Origin: Octopus sinensis
Lineage: Eukaryota
Direction of reading: 5' to 3'
Assembly (NCBI RefSeq): GCF_006345805.1
Contig: NW_021823970.1
Location: 1 to 20,344 of the forward strand
DNA length: 20,344 bases
This document shows, piece by piece, positions 11,020 through 20,344 of this stretch. Both the position numbers and the translations under genes were made by a program. Under the pieces are notes generated by a model. It searched no databases. It was not told the origin of the DNA and worked only from the letters and a program-made list of their open reading frames with translations. The first letter of the stretch is position 1. Each line of letters begins with the position of its first letter.

Positions 11020-11179
11020 ATATGTGTATGCGTGCATCTATATGCATGTTTGGTTATATGCATTTATTAATGATGACAATACGTATACATTTGTGAGCAT
11101 GTTACACAAAAGAGTGCGTGTGTGTTTGTATGCATGAAAAACTGTGTGTGTGTGTGTGTGTGCAAGTGCTCACATAATA

Positions 11180-11420
11180 GCAGAAATGGGTCTGTGGTTA
11201 GGAATTTCAATTTGCGACCGCGAAGATGTGAATTCGATCCTACTGCGCAACCCGTTGGTGTAGTGTTCTCTACTTATAAGCTCACTTTGGCCAATGATGA
11301 ATGGAAACTGAACAAAATCCATCTCATGGCTTGGTGTGTGAATGTATTTTCTATGTTCGCACGTACTACTTGTTTCAGTCATAAAACTGCGGCCATCCTG
11401 CGGTTCTTACCTTGAAGGGT
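11180..11420 (+). mobile_element. Strongly decayed SINE related to 16466-16878
   Basis: tctgtggttagg head, gaattcgatcc box-B-like motif, tgttctctact and ggaaactgaa correspond to the 16466 copy. The following tacttgtttcagtcat...ctgcggccat is the reverse complement of that copy's tail, so a second, minus-strand piece abuts here. Confidence 0.55.
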
Positions 11421-11444
11421 TTTACTCACGAAAAACGACCTCAG

Positions 11445-11556
11445 CGGTTTTTTTCCAGCCTGTTATTTATGCTACCGGCTTCGTTGGACAAAACACTTTA
11501 TTACTCTCTGCTCCAGTCCACTCAGCTGGGAAAACTGAGTTGTATCTGAATTTCAA
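11445..11556 (+). mobile_element. Decayed SINE fragment (acactttatt...ctccagtccactcagctg family)
   Basis: Shares a motif with 806-841; the end gttgtatctgaatttcaaa matches the reverse complement of 17981-17998. Confidence 0.6.
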
Positions 11557-11701
11557 ATATTCAAACATTCTGTTTGTTGCGGGCCCAATCCTGATTTATG
11601 TATGTAGTGGTTTGCTGTCAATAAATTAATATTATGGGGCCCAATACATCGATTTGTCCAGGGACCTATAATGCTGCATGTATATACATACATACATACA
11701 T

Positions 11702-11741
<40 letters not shown>

Positions 11742-11789
11742 GTCTTCGTCTTTTGTTATTTCTGCGATTTTCAACTACACACACACACG

Positions 11790-11821
<32 letters not shown>

Positions 11822-11852
11822 AATATATATATAAGTATCTATAAATATATAT

Positions 11853-12334
11853 ATAACTGTGTAATATATATCGTAATGATATTTATTTTCCGACTTGAAG
11901 CGACAATTTTTAAATATAAACAAATGAGTGAAAAATGATGAGCTAACCTCAGGCAGAATCAAACTCACAAATCGACACTTTCGTGGATCCTTGCGAATCT
12001 GATTGGGCATAGTAGCTTTCTCTCTATAACCCGCAAAGCCTTTCGGGTTTGTTATAAAAATATTATTTGTGTAGTATCAAGGCAGTTTAAGTAAATCAAC
12101 TAAATTTGACTGAAATTGATGGGTGAGCATTTGGCCAATCAGATTCGCAGGGAGCTACGAAAGCGTCGATTTGTGACTTCGATTCTGCCTGAGGTTACTT
12201 TAATAACTTTGAAAGGTTTCGGTCAGTATTGGCCCAGGCCATGTCTAACTTAATACACATTTGTTTATATTTAAAAATTGCCGCTTCAATTCGGAGAATA
12301 AATATCATTATATCATTACATATTATACAGTTAT
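11853..12334. repeat. Large imperfect inverted repeat (foldback) with two arm pairs
   Basis: Outer arms 11874-11926 / 12258-12310 match 50 of 53 and extend loosely to 11853 / 12334. Inner arms 11944-12009 / 12132-12197 match 59 of 66. Spacer 122 bp. Confidence 0.92.
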
Positions 12335-12350
12335 TATACTATGAGCCTTC

Positions 12351-12545
12351 CATAGTAGCTTTCTCTCCGTAACTTGCAAAACCTTTCGGGTTTGTTTATA
12401 AAACTGTCCGACGAACGAGAACGTGAAACTCAGAGTAACAGGTTTTGTTGAATTTTCTGCTGCTTTTAAATAAAGTATATTACTCTACCACTGGTATTTG
12501 AGTACTCTTTTTTCCACCTGTTTCACATTATGTGTTTACTCCGGT
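12351..12545 (+). mobile_element. Putative Penelope-like pseudo-LTR / retrozyme-type segment
   Basis: Contains the hammerhead fold at 12400-12446 and AATAAA at 12469-12474, and ends against a (TA)n tract; its first ~52 bp are also present at 12008-12059. Confidence 0.6.
12400..12446 (+). ncRNA. Minimal type I hammerhead ribozyme motif (U4C core variant)
   Basis: Stem I aaaa-ctgt (12400-12407) with acag-g-tttt (12438-12446); core CCGACGA 12408-12414; stem II ACG/agaa/CGT; GAA 12425-12427; stem III ACT/cag/AGT; predicted cleavage after GUA at A12437. Confidence 0.7.
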
Positions 12546-12696
12546 TATATATATATATATATTATATACTATATATACATATATATTATACATATATATA
12601 TATATACATATATATATACTATATTAATATATACATATATATACATATATACATATAATATATACATATTATATATATATATATAATATACATATA

Positions 12697-12738
<42 letters not shown>

Positions 12739-12745
12739 TATATAC

Positions 12746-12786
<41 letters not shown>

Positions 12787-12801
12787 TCTATATATATATA
12801 T
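12546..12801. repeat. (TA)n tract
   Basis: Direct reading. Confidence 0.95.
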
Positions 12802-12898
12802 AGCACCACGGATAAGTTTTAACAAATGGTCTGTTAGTTTAACACGCTTAAAAGGAAAGGAAAGAGTCTTAATGATTCGGACTCTTGTCTTTGTTCAG

Positions 12899-12957
12899 AA
12901 GAAAAATGTAGGAGACAAGCAATGTGGAGGGGGAAATAATGAAGAAAGACAAAAATG
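12899..12957 (+). CDS. Weak candidate small exon (KKNVGDKQCGGGNNEERQK)
   Basis: Acceptor ctcttgtctttgttcag| and donor ATG|gtaagg; 59 bp with one frame open. The purine-rich low complexity weakens the call. Confidence 0.2.
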
Positions 12958-13502
12958 GTAAGGAAAATGTGAGGCGGGGAAAAGGAATGTATGTAGACCG
13001 ACATGGCTCAATAAACCATTTCATTTATGTGGACACTACTAATTAGTACAATGCACAAACATGTTAAATCATTTAAAATTTGCACAAGACATGTCTTACT
13101 AAATTCTAGATTAATTATTCAAATGCATCAAATGACATTATTTGAAATCTAGAAATAAATCTTTCGAAAATGATGGAGTCTGTTTGCGAAAATAAACACA
13201 GAATGTTGCATCCCATTATTTTCAGCACATTTCTTGTTAAATGAAACAAATAAGATTCCTGTAACAATTTGATCTATTATGATTAAACCCTTATTTCTAA
13301 CTGTGCAATTAATATATCTAGTGCTTCTTTATTTCATTGTGGCTAAACACGTTGTTACCAACAAACACTTGAAATTTCTTCCTCTCCTTTGTAAGTTGAG
13401 CCTTTTATTAACTTCAAATATCTTACGCTAAAACAAAAGGAATTTCAAATTTCCACAAACTAGATAACGATTCCGTACAAAAGATTCGATCTTCAACTGT
13501 TT

Positions 13503-13797
13503 GGAGGCACATGACCTAGTGGTTAGAGCAGCGGATTCGCGGTCGAGGGATCGCGGGTTCGAATCTCAGACCGGACGATGTGTGTGTTTATGAGCGAAAC
13601 ACCTAAGCTCCACGCGGCTCCGGCAGAAGGTAATAGCGAACTTCTGCTGACTCTTTCACCACAACTTCCTCTCACTCTTTCCTCCTGCATCTTGCTGCTC
13701 ACCTGCGATGGGCCGGCGTCCTGTCCAGGTGGGGAACCTATACGCCAAGAAACCGAGAAACCGGCCCTTATGAGCCAGGCATAGCTCGAGAAGGAAC
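13503..13797 (+). mobile_element. Full-length tRNA-derived SINE with perfect 14-bp TSD
   Basis: Box A-like tgacctagtgg from 13512 and box B ggttcgaatc 13556-13565; atcttcaactgttt at 13489-13502 and 13798-13811. Confidence 0.93.
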
Positions 13798-13869
13798 ATC
13801 TTCAACTGTTTAGTTGTTGCACAAAACTGGAAAAAGATCTTCCTCATAACGATATCCTTTTGCGCTTAC

Positions 13870-14007
13870 TTTTCCGATGGATCTCTTAGGTTTGGATTTA
13901 AGCCCCCAAATGCATTATCACAAACAGATTATTGCAGAAGACGAATACCGCTTGATAAAATAGAAAGGTTAACAATTCCTTTCTGAGTCATCTTATAGCA
14001 AAAATAC
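13870..14007 (-). other. Exon-like segment with strong splice signals and one in-frame TAA
   Basis: Acceptor tttttgtttttatcag|, donor AA|gtaagc, 138 bp; reads YFCYKMTQKGIVNLSILSSGIRLLQ*SVCDNAFGGLNPNLRDPSE. Confidence 0.25.
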
Positions 14008-14308
14008 CTGATAAAAACAAAAATCGGATAAATTATTCGCTAAATGACAAAAAGGTGAAGAAACTGCAGGATTCCTAGTATATAGCCATTCTAACTCTGT
14101 CACTAAAAAGTTACACACCAGAATAGATCACTCCCAACACTGAAAGACATAAAGTTACTTGTGATTAAAATATAGCGAATAGCACTAAACCACTTATGCC
14201 CACTTTACAATAGTTCACAGTTAAAGACCATATATTTAGCTTCCATTTTAAGACATCTGTTAGATCCATCGATCTGACTAATATAGCTACACAAGTAAAA
14301 AAGCAAGC

Positions 14309-14344
14309 ATATATATATATATATATATAGATAGATAGATAATC

Positions 14345-14409
<65 letters not shown>

Positions 14410-14691
14410 ATAGATAGAAGATAGATATACATATATATATATATACATATATATATATGTGTATATACATATATATATATATTCATGTATGTTTACATTC
14501 ATATAAGTGTGTGTGTACAAGTAAACATGTATGAAAGTATTCTAATGTAAGTATATATATATATGATTTATAAATGTTGTGTACTATATACTATATATAT
14601 AACATATACTATATATGTGCATATATATCTTTATATATATATATATATATAATATTATATATATACATACACACTCCCATGCATATATATA

Positions 14692-14725
<34 letters not shown>

Positions 14726-14863
14726 TAATGACTCGATGTTTTAAAGAATCACAGATTGTGGTAACGCAGGAAATGCCCTTTCCTATTATTAGCCGTTCGG
14801 ATAGAAGATAGGATAAATACTATAACTCGTTCTTGTGTTAGCTTACACGTCCATTTAGGTACA

Positions 14864-14901
<38 letters not shown>

Positions 14902-15254
14902 ATATATATATATATATATTTAGATATATCCATATGTATACATACATGTATATATCCATATGTATAGATTTATGTATGTCCATATATATGTATATATATA
15001 TATATATATACATACACATGTATGTATACATGCATATATATACACATGCATATCTACGTATGTATATATAAATATATTCATAAATAATATACATTTATAT
15101 CTGAAAACACATATACAGATGTATATCTATAAAACATATCCAAAAATATAATGTACATGTTTACGTATATATTTATGTGTATATGTATATCTATATAAAT
15201 ATACACATGCACATATGCACACACTCACACACATATAAGCATATAGATTTTTTT

Positions 15255-15297
<43 letters not shown>

Positions 15298-15298
15298 T
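14309..15298. repeat. (TA)n, (GATA)n, (CA)n and (TG)n microsatellite blocks interrupted by a unique island at about 14730-14860
   Basis: Direct reading. Confidence 0.9.
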
Positions 15299-15756
15299 TG
15301 ATATATCTAAATGGACGAATAAGCTAACTCAAAACAGAAGACTAACACAACAGCGAATTATTGCTGTATTTATCTTCTCCTCTGTTCTAACGGCTAATAA
15401 TAGCAAAGGTCCTCTCCCGTGTTTAGCACAATCTGTAATGCTTAAAAACGCTACTTACGAATCTCATACTACTTCAGTGACTAAATACCTTCTCCAAATC
15501 TTCAAATATAAATGGATGCGAAGAAGCAATCTTCTTTAAAACTAGATAAACTCTGGCAGATTAGCTGCCAAACATATAAAGACGATTTATAAACGACATA
15601 TTGGTAAAAAAGAATAAAGCATAAATTTTACTAAGCATATTCAAATACATCGAAAATATTGAAAGAGGCAAAAAAAGAATTGAAAATAGCTTGCAAACAT
15701 TCTTGGGTTCAAATTCAGGCACAAGTCCAACATAGCTAACATTATTAAAAATAAGT

Positions 15757-15970
15757 TTAACCCTTTAGTATTTAAACCAGCCATATCTGGCCAAAATAGT
15801 TAATCTGTTTTATGTTCAAACTGATCAAATCCAGGCTCTCACACTTACCCTACATTAGGTAATTACACCATCGAGATCTCGAAGATATGAGATAATGCAT
15901 GATTAATTCAAATCAATGTGAATCAATAAGCATTATGTTTGATAGAATAATCTGAACACTAAAGTGGCAA
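15757..15970. mobile_element. Decayed MITE-like element, possibly piggyBac-type (TTAA/CCC terminus)
   Basis: Left end ttaaccctttagt; right end actaaagtggcaa is an imperfect inverse of it; no coding capacity. Confidence 0.5.
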
Positions 15971-16165
15971 GGTGGCAGAATCGTTACCTTGCCGCCTGCA
16001 GCATTTTGTCAGTCTTCACATTCTGAGTTCAAATTCCGACAAAGTCGACTTTGCCTTTCATCCTTTCGGAGTCGATAAAATAACCACCAGTTGAGCCCCG
16101 GGGTCGATGCAATCGATTAGACCCCTACCCCGAACCTGCTGGCCCTGTATCAAATTATAAAACTA
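15971..16165 (+). mobile_element. Older SINE related to the ggcggcgagc family, with a different tail
   Basis: tggcagaatcgtta, ctgagttcaaattcc, gtcgactttgcctttcatcctttcgg, ggggtcgatg. Confidence 0.8.
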
Positions 16166-16189
16166 TTATTAAAATTAAGTTGAATGTAG

Positions 16190-16437
16190 TGGATTGGCGG
16201 AATCGTTAGAGAGTTGGAAAAGAAAATACCATTTATTCCCATTCTTCAGGTGCTGAGTTCAAAAACTAACCAGGTTCGTTCTATTTATCGTTATTCTCAT
16301 TGTCTCTATTCCCTCATTACTCCAAACCCATATTTACTTTATCATCCGGCTGGTACACATCTAAAGCTGAGTAAATTGGAGCAACGTGAAGGAATTGAAC
16401 TAACAACCTTACGAATGGGAGGAGAACACACATAACC
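16190..16437. mobile_element. Two highly decayed SINE remnants (plus head about 16190-16275; minus fragment about 16362-16437)
   Basis: tggcggaatcgttag...ctgagttcaaa; and agctgagtaaattggagcaacgtgaa, which is the inverse of the ctccagtccactcagct motif. Confidence 0.45.
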
Positions 16438-16465
16438 TCTTGACTACTCACTTTATCTCAATATA

Positions 16466-16878
16466 CGCAGGAGTGGCTGTGTGGTAAGTAGCTTGTTTAC
16501 CAACCACATAGTTCCGGGTTCAGTTCCACTGCGTGGCACATTGGGCGAGTGTCTTCTACTATAGCCTCGGGCCGACCAAAGCCTTGTGAGTGGATTTGAT
16601 AGACGGAAACTGAAAGAAGCCCGTCGTATATATGTATATATATGTATGTATGTGTATGTGTTTGTGTGTCTGTGTTTGTCCCCCTAGCATTGCTTGACGA
16701 CCGATGCTGGTGTATTTATGTTCCCGTTACTTAGCGGTTCGGCAAAAGAGACCGATAGAATAAGTACTGGGCTTACAAAAGAATAAGTCCCGGGGTCGAG
16801 TTGTTCGATTAAAGGCGGTGCTCCAGCATGGCCGCAGTCAAATGACTGAAACAAGTAAAAGAGTAAAGAGTAAGAGTA
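16466..16878 (+). mobile_element. tRNA-derived SINE or SINE composite with an internal (TA/TATG/TG) microsatellite
   Basis: Box A-like tggctgtgtggtaa from 16474, box B-like gggttcagttcc 16516-16527, internal simple repeat about 16626-16670, tail of (gagtaa)-like short repeats. Confidence 0.85.
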
Positions 16879-16886
16879 TACACATA

Positions 16887-17340
16887 CTGGTTTCGAATTT
16901 TGGCACAAGGTCAGCAATTTTGGGGAAGCGGTAAGCGGAACGGTATCGACGCCCGTGTTTAACTGGTATTTATTTTATCGATCCGGAAAGGACGAAAGGC
17001 AAAGTCGATCGGTGAAATTTGAACTCAGAACGTAAAGTAGGACGAAATACCTATTTCTGTACTACCCACAAGGGGCTAAACGCAGAGAGAACAAACAAGG
17101 ACAGACAAACGGATTATGTCGATTATATCGACCCCAGTGCGTAACTGGTACTTATTTAATCGACCCCGAAAGGATGAAAGGCAAGGTCGACCACGGCGGA
17201 ATTTGAACTCAGAATGTGAAGACAGACGAAATACCGCTAAGCATTCCGTCCGGCGTGCTAACGATTCTGCCAGCTCGCCGCCTTAGGACGAAATACCGCT
17301 AAGCATTTAGCCCTGCGGCCCAACGATTCAGTTAGCTTGC
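16887..17340 (-). mobile_element. Older host SINE split by a nested insertion (pieces about 16887-17051 and 17284-17340)
   Basis: Head remnant (inverse of gctaagcatt...aacgattc) and body (gaactcagaacgtaaag, aaaggcaaagtcga) join into one element when 17052-17283 and one TSD copy are removed. Confidence 0.8.
17052..17283 (-). mobile_element. Full-length young SINE (ggcggcgagc family) nested in an older relative
   Basis: Reverse complement of the 7945/10798 copies; flanked by taggacgaaatacc at 17038-17051 and 17284-17297. Confidence 0.92.
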
Positions 17341-17811
17341 TGCTGGTACTAATATCGCTAAATCAATATTAATCAAGATAATTTTGCTGTCAGTTTTTGT
17401 ATCTCACGGAACTCACATAAATCACATTTCAACGAAAAGGAGGGAGAAAGAGAAAAAAAATTACAAACGAAGATAAATTGTCGATTTATTATACTTTTTA
17501 AATACAACCATATTTCAACTTACGTCGTTAACTAGTTCCAAGATATGCGATTTAACGACCTAACTCGAAAACCGAAGTCACATGAAAAACGTTTTAAAAA
17601 ATTTATTAGCTTATATATGTTTCAATAAATGGTATTTTTGCATATTTTCACATGTATTTTATTTGACATTCCACTTCAGAATTGGATTTTTTTGTGTTCT
17701 TATTTTAAAGCTTTTTGTTTTTATATATCTTCACTGAGACTGACGTAAAGTTGGATAAATCGACTGAAGTTATGACTTTTGTCCATTTATTTTTGTTCAT
17801 TAAAAGTGGAT

Positions 17812-18000
17812 GGAAGCACTCCGTCGGTTACGACGACGAGGGTTCCGGTTGATCCGAATCAACGGAACAGCCTGCTCGTGAAATTAACGTGTAAGTGGCT
17901 GAGCACTCCACAAACACGTGCACCCTTAACGTAGTTCTCGGGGATATTCAACGTGACACAGAGAGTGACAAGGCTGGCCTTTTGAAATACAGGTACAACA
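17812..18000 (-). mobile_element. 3' part of a SINE, 5'-truncated
   Basis: GC-rich block gcactccgtcggttacgacgacgagggttcc...gacaaggctggccttttgaaatacaggtac that I recall as an abundant octopod SINE tail; linked in-window to 11445-11556 by a shared motif. Confidence 0.7.
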
Positions 18001-18004
18001 GAGC

Positions 18005-18340
18005 GTTTTTTGTTCTGTAAGAAGAAATTATTAATGAGGGAGTCTTGGTTGGGGCAATGAGGGAGTGGATATACATGGATGATAATAAGAGGGGGAGGGC
18101 TTGAGTTGAGATAGGGTATAGGACGAAAAGAGTGGAGAAAGGATTTCATATCTGAAGTTTCGTGTTCATTTGTCGGGATGGCAGTGGAGATGATCCAGGT
18201 GTTTTGCATAGGTAGCTTTAGTCCGGTGGTGAGAATGTTCTGATGACAAGTGATGTAAAGATGCGAAAGGGCCTTCTTAAAGAGTTAGAGACTTTATTTA
18301 TGATATCTTTCATCAAGTATCTGTCCTAGAGAAAGACAGA
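18005..18340 (-). mobile_element. Possible decayed Penelope-like reverse transcriptase fragment
   Basis: Minus frames give YLCKTPG / IISTAIPT...SFLHSFRPIP / PLIIIHVYPLPHCPNQDSLINNFFLQ, loosely recalling PLE YxLPKIHK..PGRPIIS and DVxSLYTxIPHxxGL motifs; heavily decayed. Confidence 0.35.
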
Positions 18341-18514
18341 ATGGACTGTACAAAACAGGAGGAGACACGTGCATACGGATGCAGCACGAAGTTTTGTCAG
18401 TGAACAGGTTGCGGTCTCAAAGCGACGCAAATATTTTGAGAGATTAAATTGAAATGTTGAAGTGAATCTAACGGTTTTCTATTTCTCTCCCTCTTTCGCT
18501 CTCCCTCTCTCCCT

Positions 18515-19312
18515 ATACATGCATTCATACATACATACATACACACATATATACATACATACATACATTCATACATACATCATACATACATACTACATAC
18601 TACATACATCAATACCACATACATACATACATTCATACATACATACATACACACATACATACATACATACATACATACATACATACATACATACATACAT
18701 ACATTCATACATACATACATACATTCATACTTACATTCATTCATACATACATTCATACATTCATACATACATACATACATACATTCATACATACATACAT
18801 TCATACATACATACATACATACATACATACATACATACATACATACATACATCATACATACATACATTCATACATACATACATACATACATACACACATA
18901 CATACACATATACCTACATACATACATACACATACATACATACATACATACATACATACATACATTCATTCATACATACATACATACATACATACATACA
19001 TACATACATACATACATCACACATACATACACATATATCTACATACATACATACACACATACATACATACATACATTCATACATACATACATACATACAT
19101 ACATACATACATACATACATACATTCATACATACATACATACATTCATACATACATCCACACATACATTCACACATATATACATTCATACATACATTCAT
19201 ACATACATTCATACATACATACATTCATACATACATACATACATACATACATACATACATACATACATACATACATACATACGTACATACATACATACAT
19301 ACATACATACAT
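18515..19312. repeat. About 800-bp (TACA)n array with TTCA variants
   Basis: Direct reading; source of the 285-aa YIHT-repeat ORF. Confidence 0.97.
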
Positions 19313-19729
19313 TAACTAACTGCTCATCTATCCATCCATATATCACCCTCATACATGAATATTTAATCTGCAACTAGTAAAAGGGAGATTATTCAAGACA
19401 AATGCAGATTGCATGCTTCGATAAAAAACTCGAGATTTGGGTTTTTAAAAGTAATTTCTATTCTAGGCTACCATAATCACAAATTTAATCTGTAACCATT
19501 GAAAATCTCTAGTATTCGGAAACGCTTTACTCACGTGATGTATTCAGAAACGCTTTATTCAGTCAATGGAAGCGTAGAAAGTAACAATATGGAAGATATT
19601 TTCTGAAGTTTAACTAACAGGAAGGGGTTCTTAACAAGTTGTTTTTCAACATTTTACTGAATGAATAAAAGATAAACTTGTTCATTTATTTGGAAATTAC
19701 CGAATACTTCACTGGAAATCTCGTGCGTG

Positions 19730-19816
19730 CGAACACACACACACTTACACACACCTAAACAACACACATACATAAACAGACACAGACACAGAGACGGTCA
19801 CACACACAGACACAGA

Positions 19817-19864
<48 letters not shown>

Positions 19865-19865
19865 T
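19730..19865. repeat. (CA)n-rich tract
   Basis: Direct reading. Confidence 0.9.
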
Positions 19866-19991
19866 TAACAGCAACAAATATATGAAGCAAATAAACTGAA
19901 ATACAACAATTTACTTTATGGTTGCCTTCAACTTGTATAGAGTGGTCTTTTGATTTCTCGTTTCTTCGATCTTTCATTCAAGAAGCATCCT

Positions 19992-20344
19992 GTGTATGTA
20001 TGTATGTATGTATGTATGTATGTATGTATGTATGCATGTATGTATGTATGTATGTTTGTATGCATGTATCACTATATATAAGTATATGTGTTTTGTATGT
20101 ATGTATATATGTATGTTTGTTTGTATGTATGTATATATGTATGTATGTACGTGTGCATGCATGTATGCATGTATATATGCATGTGTATATGTATGTTTGT
20201 ATGGATGTATCACTATATATAAGTATATATGTTTTGTATGTATGTATATATGTATATATGTATATATGTATGTATATATGTATGTATGTATGCATGTATG
20301 TATGTATGTATGTATGTATGTATGTTATGTATGTATGTATGAAT
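19992..20344. repeat. (TATG)n array running off the window end
   Basis: Direct reading. Confidence 0.95.

Noticed and set aside
13503-13575. tRNA-like sequence as a true tRNA gene
   Set aside because: No complete cloverleaf; it continues into a SINE body and is bounded by a TSD.
15489-15552. 64-bp minus-strand exon candidate VYLVLKKIASSHPFIFEDLEK
   Set aside because: Splice signals are only moderate, the stronger nearby gtaagt donor would include stops in all frames, and an open frame this short is expected by chance.
15830-15860. Strong minus-strand donor gtaagt at about 15849
   Set aside because: It lies inside the MITE-like element.
18232-18285. CTGATGA...CGAAA...hammerhead-like string
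   Set aside because: Stem II cannot close (C opposite C) and no stem I pairing exists around the putative cleavage site.
18462-19319. 285-aa YIHT-repeat ORF, and similar YI/SIYL/MYVC ORFs throughout
   Set aside because: Direct translations of (TACA)n, (TA)n and (TCTA)n microsatellites.
19512-19559. 20-bp imperfect direct repeat gtattc(g/a)gaaacgcttta and a nearby minus gtgagt donor
   Set aside because: Only two units, so not an array; the implied exon has stops in all three frames.

Overview
AT-rich eukaryotic DNA; by eye roughly a third or more is microsatellite ((TA)n, (TCTA)n, (TACA)n, (CAC)n, (ATT/ATC)n), interleaved with many tRNA-derived SINEs. The SINE sequences and repeat landscape resemble what I recall of octopod (Octopus) genomes; this is an inference, not a database result. 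No gene could be named, and nearly all ORFs in the supplied track are translations of simple repeats. A few short unique islands carry splice-like signals and may be exons, but strand and identity are unresolved. Well-supported elements: two head-to-tail decayed 3' ends of an RTE-type LINE (1564-2275, minus), several SINE families (some with exact 14-bp target-site duplications, one nested in an older relative, one dimeric), a MITE-like element and a 119-bp near-perfect direct repeat. The most striking structure is at about 11850-12545: a two-armed foldback plus an internal direct repeat leading into a sequence that folds as a minimal type I hammerhead ribozyme (12400-12446), followed by AATAAA. 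This arrangement suggests a Penelope-like or retrozyme-type element.
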